From: Thermoproteota archaeon
GTDB taxonomy: Archaea; Korarchaeota; Korarchaeia; Korarchaeales; Korarchaeaceae
Length of the DNA: 40,943 nt
Direction of reading: 5' to 3'
Assembly (NCBI GenBank): GCA_003661365.1
Contig: QMVZ01000001.1
Coordinates: 1 to 40,943, forward strand
Made by a program: the position numbers and the translations under genes. Below are positions 34,203-40,943 of the stretch, piece by piece; the first letter of the stretch is position 1, and the number at the start of each line of letters is the position of its first letter. The notes under the pieces were generated by a model. The model saw nothing but the letters and a program-made list of their open reading frames with translations. It was not told the DNA's origin and ran no database searches.

Positions 34203-34333
34203 ATAAATCGCTGTGGACTCCCGGATGTATTTTAAAAGTTGTGGATTAAAAGTGGAAAATCGTCTTTCTTATAATATCTGAGATATTGGATTGCTTTTAG
34301 CTCTCATTGGATCCTAATAAGATTAGTTAAGTG

Positions 34334-35362
34334 TTATATTGGGATTTCCTTAGCCATCGTAAGCGCAAGAACTGCCATCTTCGCGTAAAGGTTGTTTTCT
34401 GCCTGTTCGTATATTATGGAGTTCGGTCCATCCATGACATCGTCCGTAGCTTCCTCGCCCCTGAAGACGGGTAGCACGTGGGTAACGAAAGCTGGTTTTG
34501 CCATTAAATCGTCTACATGATGTTGTTCAAGCCTCCAGTTCTTGTACTTGTTGTGAATCTCTAGCTCCCTCTCTGGGCCAAATGCAGTGGCTCCAACCTT
34601 CTGAAGTTCCCAAGTTACCCAGCTTCTCGGAAACACAACATTTGCTCCTCTTAGTCCTTCCTCAAAGTCGTGAACTATCTCGAAGGATCCTCCGGCATCT
34701 TCAGCGTTCTTCTTTGCCATTTCAACTACTCTAGGATCTAAATCAAACCCTGGCGGGTGCGCTACTGTTACGTCCATACCAAACCTAGATGCAATGAGCA
34801 CCTCTGATTGGATGCTACAGAGACCCCTTAGCTTGCTTGAATATGCCCAAGTTATGGTGTACTTCTTACCTTGAAGCTCCCCTAGCTTCTCTATGACTGT
34901 CATTATGTCTCCTAGAGCCTGAGTTGGATGATATGTATCGTCCGCCATGTTAATGACCGGAACTTTTGCCACTTCCGCGAACTGCCTCATTATCTTCTGT
35001 CCTTCCCCATACTTGAAGTCTATCGCTTTATCAAGAACTCTGACACCAATTCCATCCCCATATAGGTCGTACATCTTGGCTACATCCTTAACGGCCTCTC
35101 CCGCCCTTATTCTAGTGGTAGTCACATCAATGTAAGGAGCATGCCCACCAAGCAACTCCATTCCTGCCTCAAATGCCCCCCTAGTTCTCGTTGAAGGGGC
35201 ATAGAATATCATGAAGAAGACTTTTCTATCGAGAATCCTTGGAGGTTTCTCTCCCTTTTGTATCAGGGCTTTAAGCTTCTCAGCCAGCTTAATTACCTCA
35301 ACAAGCTCATCAAGAGTCCATTCCTGCGTAGTTATGAGATCTTTCCCATATAATTCGCTCAT
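34334..35362 (-). CDS. YgeW-like (knotted) carbamoyltransferase of the ATC/OTC superfamily
   Basis: Carbamoyl-phosphate motifs STRTR and HPTQALGD. The long stretch KKYTITWAYSSKLRGLCSIQSEVLIASRFGMDVTVAHPPGFDLDPRVVEMAKKNAEDAGGSFEIV...VVFPRSW closely parallels E. coli YgeW as I recall it. There is no OTC SMG/HCLP motif. I chose the ATG at 35362, preceded by GGAGGT. Confidence 0.8.
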   Translation of the reverse strand: MSELYGKDLITTQEWTLDELVEVIKLAEKLKALIQKGEKPPRILDRKVFFMIFYAPSTRTRGAFEAGMELLGGHAPYIDVTTTRIRAGEAVKDVAKMYDLYGDGIGVRVLDKAIDFKYGEGQKIMRQFAEVAKVPVINMADDTYHPTQALGDIMTVIEKLGELQGKKYTITWAYSSKLRGLCSIQSEVLIASRFGMDVTVAHPPGFDLDPRVVEMAKKNAEDAGGSFEIVHDFEEGLRGANVVFPRSWVTWELQKVGATAFGPERELEIHNKYKNWRLEQHHVDDLMAKPAFVTHVLPVFRGEEATDDVMDGPNSIIYEQAENNLYAKMAVLALTMAKEIPI

Positions 35363-35432
35363 ACAAAATACCTCCACACTCGCATTATCTCTAGAAAATC
35401 GGGCTTACTCTTAATATTATGCTAACATCTTC

Positions 35433-36686
35433 TTAGGCCCCAAGTTCCCTCAAATAAGAATCTACAACCTCTATCTTTGGTTCAATTACTGGTGGAAGTC
35501 CCATGTGCTCAGATACTACCTCGGGATCCTTTAGTCCGCTTCCAGTGATCTCCACGACTACGAGGTCTCCGCTATCAACGACTCCCCTCTCCAACAGCTT
35601 TATCAATCCAGCTAACGATGCAACCCCAGAAGGCTCGGCAAAGATCCCTTCTTCCTTAGCCAGCATCTTTTGTGCTTCTAGTATCTCCTCATTTGTTACA
35701 GACACTGCTGTTCCTTCAGATTCTCTTATAGCCCTCAGTGCCGCATCACCATCCCAAGGAAATGGGTCTTCGAGTCCTGTAGCTATGGTCTCAGGCTTAC
35801 CCCACGGCTCTATCTCAAATGGACCTTTTCCTTGCTCATGGGCCCTTACTAAAGGAGCACAGCCAGTTGACTGCACTGCAACTATCTTTGGAAGGGAGCT
35901 TATGAAGCCTAGGTTTTTGAACTCCTTGAAGCCCTTCCAGTTCCCTGCGAGCAGACCACCACCTCCAACTGGAATGAACAACCAGTCTGGAGCTTCCCAG
36001 TTAAGTTGTTCGCATACTTCATAAGCCATCGTCTTATTTCCCTCGAACTGATAGGGGTTGAAAGGTCCAAAGCTAGGACAGGGATACCACCCGTATTTCC
36101 TGCTTGTTTCTAGCATCATCTTTACCGTTGGATCCTCTTCCTCCCCCCACCTTAACCTCACAACTTTTGCCCCGTATAGCATCAGTTGAGCAACCTTCCC
36201 AGCCCCAGCAAAATGCGGAACGAATGTAACGCAATCTATGTTTGCCTTTGCACAGAAAGCTGCTAGAGCCGCTGCAGCATTTCCTGAAGATGCTATCACT
36301 GCAGTTTTTACACCAAATTCGATGCCCTTTGCTACTCCAACGCTCATAGGCCTGTCCTTGAACGACCAAGTCGGATTTCTGGTCTCGTCCTTTGCATATA
36401 GATTTCTAAGGCCTATTGCACGCCCAAGATCTTCACATTTAATCAAAGGAGTATTTCCCTCGCCCAAATCTACAACCCTAGTCCCTTCTTTTATTGGCAG
36501 AAGTTCCCTGTACTTCCAAGTTCCTCCTTTCCTCCTGACAAGTTCATCTTTAGTCAGCACACTCGATATTGCGTCGTAATCATAATAGATATCCAGCCTG
36601 CCGTCCAGCTTGCTGCAGTAGAAAACCTTCTCATCGGGATCATGCTCTTCTCCACATCTAGCACATTTCAACTTTTCAACGAACAT
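35433..36686 (-). CDS. threonine-synthase-family PLP-dependent enzyme with N-terminal Zn-ribbon
   Basis: LKCARCGEEHDP..FYCSK, PLP-lysine motif SFKDRPMS, ASSGNAAAALAAF. I chose the ATG at 36686, preceded by GAGGAG; the ORF is open to 36710. Confidence 0.82.
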   Translation of the reverse strand: MFVEKLKCARCGEEHDPDEKVFYCSKLDGRLDIYYDYDAISSVLTKDELVRRKGGTWKYRELLPIKEGTRVVDLGEGNTPLIKCEDLGRAIGLRNLYAKDETRNPTWSFKDRPMSVGVAKGIEFGVKTAVIASSGNAAAALAAFCAKANIDCVTFVPHFAGAGKVAQLMLYGAKVVRLRWGEEEDPTVKMMLETSRKYGWYPCPSFGPFNPYQFEGNKTMAYEVCEQLNWEAPDWLFIPVGGGGLLAGNWKGFKEFKNLGFISSLPKIVAVQSTGCAPLVRAHEQGKGPFEIEPWGKPETIATGLEDPFPWDGDAALRAIRESEGTAVSVTNEEILEAQKMLAKEEGIFAEPSGVASLAGLIKLLERGVVDSGDLVVVEITGSGLKDPEVVSEHMGLPPVIEPKIEVVDSYLRELGA

Positions 36687-36791
36687 CTCTCCTCTCACAA
36701 TGATTGACAAACTTTTAATTTATGATTGAGATGCGACTCTGTTCTCAAGATCTTCGGGAGCAAACCAATGATTTCACAGGAGGGAAAACCT

Positions 36792-37748
36792 ATGAAAGGT
36801 AAAAGATTGCTAATAGCATTGGGAGGAAATGCGATAAAGCAGGCTCATGAAAGGGGGACTTACGAGGAGCAGTTGAAAAACATCGACATAACATGCACCC
36901 ATATAGTGGAGATCATAAAGAGAGGGTATAGAGTGGCTATAACCCATGGCAACGGTCCTCAGGTCGGTGCTTTGTTAATTCAGCAAGAAGAGGCCGCAGA
37001 GCGTGTGCCACCGCAGCCTATGGATGTATGTGGTGCGATGACCCAAGGTCAAATAGGTTACATGCTACAGCAGACCCTACAAAACAAGCTGAAGGCACTA
37101 GGGTTGAAAGTGCCCGTCGCCACGGTCGTGACTCAAGTCCTCGTGAACAAGGACGATCCTGACTTCCAAGACCCACATAAGCCAGTAGGACCTTTCTACG
37201 ATTACGAGACAGCCACGAAGTACCAGAAGGAGAAGGGTTACTTCATTAGAAAGGTGAAGCCCAATGGTGAGAAACCCTACAGGAGGGTTGTTCCCTCTCC
37301 AGACCCTATTAGGACTATAGAAGCGGAGCCCATAAAACTACTTTATGACAATGGAGTGGTGGTAATAGCATCTGGCGGTGGAGGAATTCCTGTAATCGAC
37401 GATAACGGAATGTTGAAAGGTGTAGAAGCAGTCATTGACAAGGATCTAGCAGGAGAGAGAATGGCAGAGGTTATAGGCGCAGAGATATTCATGATACTAA
37501 CCGACGTGGAGAAGGTAAAGTTGAATTATGGTAAGCCAAATGAGAAGGATATAGACAGGATGACGGTATCCGAAGCCAAGAAGTACCTTGAGGAGGGGCA
37601 TTTCCTACCAGGAAGCATGGGACCAAAGGTTAAGGCTTGCATAAGGTTCATAGAGGAAGCCCATGGTGAGAAAGCAATAATCACATCGCTAAACAAGGCT
37701 GTAGAGGCATTAGAAGGTAAAACAGGAACAGTAATAGTTCCAGATTAA
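36792..37748 (+). CDS. arcC: carbamate kinase
   Basis: RLLIALGGNAI, ITHGNGPQVG, VIASGGGGIPV, DKDLAGE. I chose the ATG at 36792, preceded by GGAGGG; the ORF is open from 36726. Confidence 0.9.
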   Translation: MKGKRLLIALGGNAIKQAHERGTYEEQLKNIDITCTHIVEIIKRGYRVAITHGNGPQVGALLIQQEEAAERVPPQPMDVCGAMTQGQIGYMLQQTLQNKLKALGLKVPVATVVTQVLVNKDDPDFQDPHKPVGPFYDYETATKYQKEKGYFIRKVKPNGEKPYRRVVPSPDPIRTIEAEPIKLLYDNGVVVIASGGGGIPVIDDNGMLKGVEAVIDKDLAGERMAEVIGAEIFMILTDVEKVKLNYGKPNEKDIDRMTVSEAKKYLEEGHFLPGSMGPKVKACIRFIEEAHGEKAIITSLNKAVEALEGKTGTVIVPD

Positions 37749-38143
37749 TCCAAGTCCTCAACAACCTTGAGGCACTCAGCTGGACACCACTCAATGCAGG
37801 CCCCACATAGGGTACACTTTATCGCTACTCTTCTAGTGGGATGTATCTTTATTGCTCCATATGGACAAGCATTTAGACAAGCAGCACAACCGTCGCACTT
37901 ATCTGCGTTAACCATTATGACGCCCCTTGAGTCTCGATATATGGCTTCTCTTTGGCAGGCCTTCATGCACATGGCATCTTCGCAATTCCTACACGCAATA
38001 AGTATATCCAGGTGATCTTGAGTTATTGCCCCGATACGCGCCCTGTTCGGATCCAATACCTTATCGAAAGTAAAAGAGCAGGCTAGTACGCAAAGTTTGC
38101 ATCCAGAACACTCGAGAGGATCTGCATATATGTATTTAGGCAA
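37745..38143 (-). CDS. 4Fe-4S poly-ferredoxin-like protein (four Cys cluster motifs)
   Basis: 132 aa. CSGCKLCVLACS, CRNCEDAMCMKAC, CDGCAACLNACP, CTLCGACIEWCP. TTG start. Confidence 0.85.
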   Translation of the reverse strand: MPKYIYADPLECSGCKLCVLACSFTFDKVLDPNRARIGAITQDHLDILIACRNCEDAMCMKACQREAIYRDSRGVIMVNADKCDGCAACLNACPYGAIKIHPTRRVAIKCTLCGACIEWCPAECLKVVEDLD

Positions 38144-38360
38144 CTAAACACCTCATAACACCGAACTTCAACTTTTGGCTAGCGGAGCAAATGTATACCT
38201 GTATCCAGTTTGGGATTTCCTGTGATAATATTACGCGAATTTGTTGCCGTTAATTCGTAAAAAACCTCCTCATTGGAAGCTCTGCTTAATCCTTCAATTG
38301 CTTCTTGATTCCGATGTAATATAATTCAATATTTTTAACTCCAGATTAAGGAAACAACCG

Positions 38361-39524
38361 ATGCCAATGAAATTCCCGGTATACTTAGACAACATGAGAG
38401 CGACCAAAGTCGATCCTCTGGTTATTGAAGAGATGGTAAAGTACATGCAGGAGATCTATGCAGCTCCTGGAGGAGAGTTTGGTCATAGCATGGAAGAAGA
38501 GGCTGCAGAAGCATTAGAAAAGGCAAGACAGAAGATAGCAAGGAAAATAGGGGCGAAGCCAGAGGAAATAGTCTTCACATCTGGTAGAGTGGAGAGCAAC
38601 AACCTTGCAATCAAAGGCACCGTTCTGGCATCTGGAAAAAAGGGAAAAGTCATTTCATCAAGAATAGAGGAAAGTTCCGTGTTGAGGAGCTTGGAAAGCC
38701 TTGGAAAGATGGGTTTTAACCCGATGTTGGCTCCTGTAGATTCCGAGGGATTTGTAAAGCAGGAGAACCTTTCAGAAATGTTATCTGGAGCTATTCTAGG
38801 CTCAATTCAATTTGTAAATCCTGAAATCGGAACAATTCAAGATTTGAAGGCCATAGGAGATCTTTTCGAAGAAAAGAATGTAATATTTCACAGCGACGCC
38901 TCTTGGGGATTCTGTAAGGTAGATATCGACGTTAGGAAGATAAATGTTGACCTTCTAACCCTTTCATCAGGGCTAATTCACGGCCCCAAAGGGGTGGGTG
39001 CCCTGTATGTAAGAGAAGGTATCAAGCTCCAGCCCCTATTTGATGGAGCTCCAAGGGAGTTCGGTTTAAGACCTGGGATGGAAGACGTGCCAAGCATAGT
39101 GGGTTTTGCCAAGGCAGTTGAACTGATAACAGAAGAGGACATTGCCCGTATGAAGAGATTAAGGGACAAACTGATGGATATTCTCTTAGAGATCCCAGAT
39201 ACAAAGCTAAATGGTCCTAAAGGGGACAGAAGAGTTTGCAATAACGTAAATGTCTCCTTCTTTGGAGTTGAAGGTGAGACAATACTTTTGAAGGCCAGCA
39301 TGAAGAACTTGTTCTTAAATACTGGTTCAGCTTGTTACAGCAGAGAACTTCTGCCTAGCCACGTGATATTAGCTACTGGAGGCTCGTTTGAGCAGTCCCA
39401 TGGCTCGGTAACCCTAGGCCTCAGTAAATGGACAACTGAGCAGGAGATATTTTATGCCAAGGAAGTTTTGGAGGAAATAGTAAGGGAAATGAGAAGCATC
39501 AGTCCACTCTATCGGAGGTCTTAA
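38361..39524 (+). CDS. iscS: IscS/NifS-like class V aminotransferase-fold protein lacking the PLP-binding lysine
   Basis: 387 aa, collinear with IscS. VYLDN...EIVFTSGRVESNNLAIKG and the active-site loop NTGSACYS are retained. The canonical SGHK-IYGPKG reads SSGL-IHGPKG, so there is no Lys. Confidence 0.8.
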   Translation: MPMKFPVYLDNMRATKVDPLVIEEMVKYMQEIYAAPGGEFGHSMEEEAAEALEKARQKIARKIGAKPEEIVFTSGRVESNNLAIKGTVLASGKKGKVISSRIEESSVLRSLESLGKMGFNPMLAPVDSEGFVKQENLSEMLSGAILGSIQFVNPEIGTIQDLKAIGDLFEEKNVIFHSDASWGFCKVDIDVRKINVDLLTLSSGLIHGPKGVGALYVREGIKLQPLFDGAPREFGLRPGMEDVPSIVGFAKAVELITEEDIARMKRLRDKLMDILLEIPDTKLNGPKGDRRVCNNVNVSFFGVEGETILLKASMKNLFLNTGSACYSRELLPSHVILATGGSFEQSHGSVTLGLSKWTTEQEIFYAKEVLEEIVREMRSISPLYRRS

Positions 39525-39526
39525 AC

Positions 39527-40174
39527 ATGGAAATAGCTGGGGGGGCAAAGGAGTTGTGGAAAAGGGTTGGTTACACCGAGAAAGTGATAGACCACTTCAT
39601 GAACCCGAGAAATGTAGGAGAAATGAAGGACGCTGACGTCTCCTCAACTGTTGGAAGCGTCGCTTGCGGAGACATGATAAAGATCTTCCTTAAGATCGAT
39701 GAATCCGACAGGATAGAGAAGATCTCATTTCTTTCTTATGGTTGTGCTTCCAACATAGCTACTACTTCTGTTATGACTGAGTTGGTGAAGGGCAAGTCGC
39801 TTGAAGAGGCAAAGAAGCTTTCCTTCAAAGAAATAGTTGAGGAACTAGGGGGTCTTCCTGCCATAAAGTATCACTGTGCGGTGCTGTCAATAGCTGGATT
39901 GAGGACGGCTATAGCAAAGTATGAGGTGAAGAAGGGTAGAAGACCTCTTGACGAGGACTTCGTCATGACGTTGCTTAAGGGAGTTTTGGATCCAATGACT
40001 GGCAGAGACATAGTTAGCATGGGAAAGGTTAAATCTGTTAGCGTTCATGATGGAGCCATAGATATAGAGCTAGATATGTCGGGAGAAGACGAGATATCCA
40101 AAGTAATAAGAGCTGAGATCTTGGACGCTTTCGAAGGGTTGGATGTTAGCCTTAATGTGAAGTTAAAGAGTTAG
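39527..40174 (+). CDS. iscU: IscU/NifU-N scaffold domain fused to a C-terminal DUF59(MIP18/SufT)-like domain
   Basis: The IscU motifs VACGDMIK, SYGCASNIAT and KYHCAVLS span residues about 1-135. They are followed by LLKGVLDPMTGRDIVSMGKVKSVSVHDGAIDIELDM..., which resembles DUF59. Confidence 0.8.
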   Translation: MEIAGGAKELWKRVGYTEKVIDHFMNPRNVGEMKDADVSSTVGSVACGDMIKIFLKIDESDRIEKISFLSYGCASNIATTSVMTELVKGKSLEEAKKLSFKEIVEELGGLPAIKYHCAVLSIAGLRTAIAKYEVKKGRRPLDEDFVMTLLKGVLDPMTGRDIVSMGKVKSVSVHDGAIDIELDMSGEDEISKVIRAEILDAFEGLDVSLNVKLKS

Positions 40175-40461
40175 TGCTTAATCCTTGATATTATAAGGTT
40201 ATATATCTCTTCAGCTGCTTTTAGGGCCTCTTTTGTACTATCTATGCCTTTTATCATCAGCTTTCCGTTTGAAAACAGGCTGAACTCTTTACCCTTTCCT
40301 ACGAAAGCTATCATTACTCCTGAAACCAACCCAAGCCTATAGCCAGCCTTTTCTAGTAGAGGAGCAAGCTCCCTTAAGTTCAGATCCATCTTCTCGTCTG
40401 GCGTCACCTTATAGTAGTCGCCTGCAGCACAGGGCTTGACCACCTTGGGCAAGGCGATCAC
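40171..40461 (-). CDS. hypothetical small protein (single TBP-repeat-like alpha/beta motif)
   Basis: 96 aa. KEFSLFSNGKLMIKGIDSTKEALKAAEEIYNLI is reminiscent of one half-repeat of the TBP fold. Too short to be a TBP. Confidence 0.4.
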   Translation of the reverse strand: MIALPKVVKPCAAGDYYKVTPDEKMDLNLRELAPLLEKAGYRLGLVSGVMIAFVGKGKEFSLFSNGKLMIKGIDSTKEALKAAEEIYNLIISRIKH

Positions 40462-40775
40462 CCTATGTATTCAGTCGATATTTCTCCCTTCTTAGCGGGC
40501 TTGGGTATCTCCTTGCTCTTTAACTCCTCATCCAGCTTCTTTAAGGTAGCACCTAAGGCATTGTATAAAGCTCTAGCAGTTTCAGGAAGGAGGACTATCT
40601 CTGCAACCATCTGCCCTCTCAAAACGTCAACAAAGCCCAGCCTTACAACCCCTTCTTTCTTGACATCTCCGTCTCTAGATACTGCTTTAATCGATATTCC
40701 TACCATAGCTTCATCCGCAAACACCGGAGTTATTGTCGAGGGGGTTTCCCTTATCTGAATTTTCTTCCTTTGCAT
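40458..40775 (-). CDS. hypothetical protein (possibly DUF3467-like)
   Basis: 105 aa. 4-nt overlap with the downstream gene. Only a weak resemblance to DUF3467 architecture (..VAEIVLLPETARALYNALGATLKKLDEEL). Confidence 0.4.
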   Translation of the reverse strand: MQRKKIQIRETPSTITPVFADEAMVGISIKAVSRDGDVKKEGVVRLGFVDVLRGQMVAEIVLLPETARALYNALGATLKKLDEELKSKEIPKPAKKGEISTEYIG

Positions 40776-40852
40776 ATCAATGCAAGTACATGTTTTGTGT
40801 ATAAAATCCCTCTGGAGCCAAACAACCTTAAAACCTGAGAGGGTCCAAATTC

Positions 40853-40943
40853 ATGATGCCTGAAGGTGAGGAAGATCTAGAGGAGGCTATTACCATCAGT
40901 AAGAGAGGAAAGAGGGAGTTAAGGACGGTACATTCAAGAGGAA
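40853..40943 (+). CDS. start of an unidentified ORF running off the window
   Basis: ATG at 40853 (MMPEGEEDLEEAITISKRGKRELRTVHSRG...) is open to the window end. Too short to classify. Confidence 0.25.
   Translation, partial: MMPEGEEDLEEAITISKRGKRELRTVHSRG

Noticed and set aside
40171-40461. The TBP-like motif (SLFSNGKLMIKG...EALKAAEEIY) as a TATA-binding protein gene.
   Set aside because: The ORF has only 96 aa and a single half-repeat. A true TBP has two repeats in about 180 aa. It is reported only as a hypothetical protein.
1-40943. A scan for CRISPR arrays, tRNA/rRNA genes, and integrase/transposase or toxin-antitoxin/defence genes.
   Set aside because: No regularly spaced direct repeats were found, no GC-rich cloverleaf-like intergenic segments, and no recognisable nuclease, integrase or defence-domain ORFs.

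Overview
This is a densely coding archaeal chromosomal window. The archaeal call is an inference from a class-I HMG-CoA reductase, a DhnA-type aldolase, an Mch homolog, A/T-rich TATA-like boxes about 25-30 nt upstream of many start codons, frequent GTG/TTG starts and 4-8 nt gene overlaps, and K/E/I-rich proteins that suggest a thermophile. I recognised no rRNA, tRNA, CRISPR array, transposase or integrase.

Layout:
- 1-3.3 kb: sugar/polyol genes (PfkB kinase, Zn-ADH, FGGY kinase).
- 3.7-4.2 kb: membrane-anchored molybdopterin-oxidoreductase-like domain protein.
- 4.5-8.8 kb: ECF transporter operon (fused ATPase, T, putative S) ending in an ADP-ribosylglycohydrolase-fold enzyme.
- 8.9-11.1 kb: MtaD/DadD-like deaminase plus DhnA-family aldolase.
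- 11.2-15.8 kb: uncharacterised set made of a 499-aa protein with a C-terminal Zn-ribbon, an EcfT remnant, a 124-aa ORF, a methenyl-H4MPT cyclohydrolase (Mch) homolog and an atypical M19 dipeptidase-like protein.
- 16.2-21.0 kb: fused E1 alpha-beta TPP enzyme, SDR, frameshifted TIM-barrel isomerase, Zn-ADH.
- 21.1-31.4 kb: the most unusual part, an iron/Fe-S-associated island. It holds three NifX/NifB-like domain proteins, two DUF5320-like proteins, an unannotated 52-aa aromatic/Arg-rich sORF, two MinD-like ATPases with ferredoxin inserts, DUF134, a DtxR-like repressor, a radical SAM protein, a COG1237-type MBL protein and feoA-feoA-feoB. It also carries a perfect 49-nt inverted repeat over the promoters and first codons of the two DUF5320 paralogs, and DtxR-type palindromes around the feo TATA box.
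- 31.5-34.2 kb: HemN-like radical SAM, HMG-CoA reductase.
- 34.3-38.1 kb: YgeW-like carbamoyltransferase, ThrC-like PLP enzyme, carbamate kinase, poly-ferredoxin.
- 38.4-40.8 kb: IscS-like protein lacking the PLP lysine, IscU fused to a DUF59-like domain, two small hypothetical genes.

Three genes (TIM-barrel isomerase, one NifX-like gene, feoB) are each interrupted in a way that deleting one A from a short coding-strand A-run would repair. All family assignments come from motif recognition by eye and from memory of family consensus; no searches were run.
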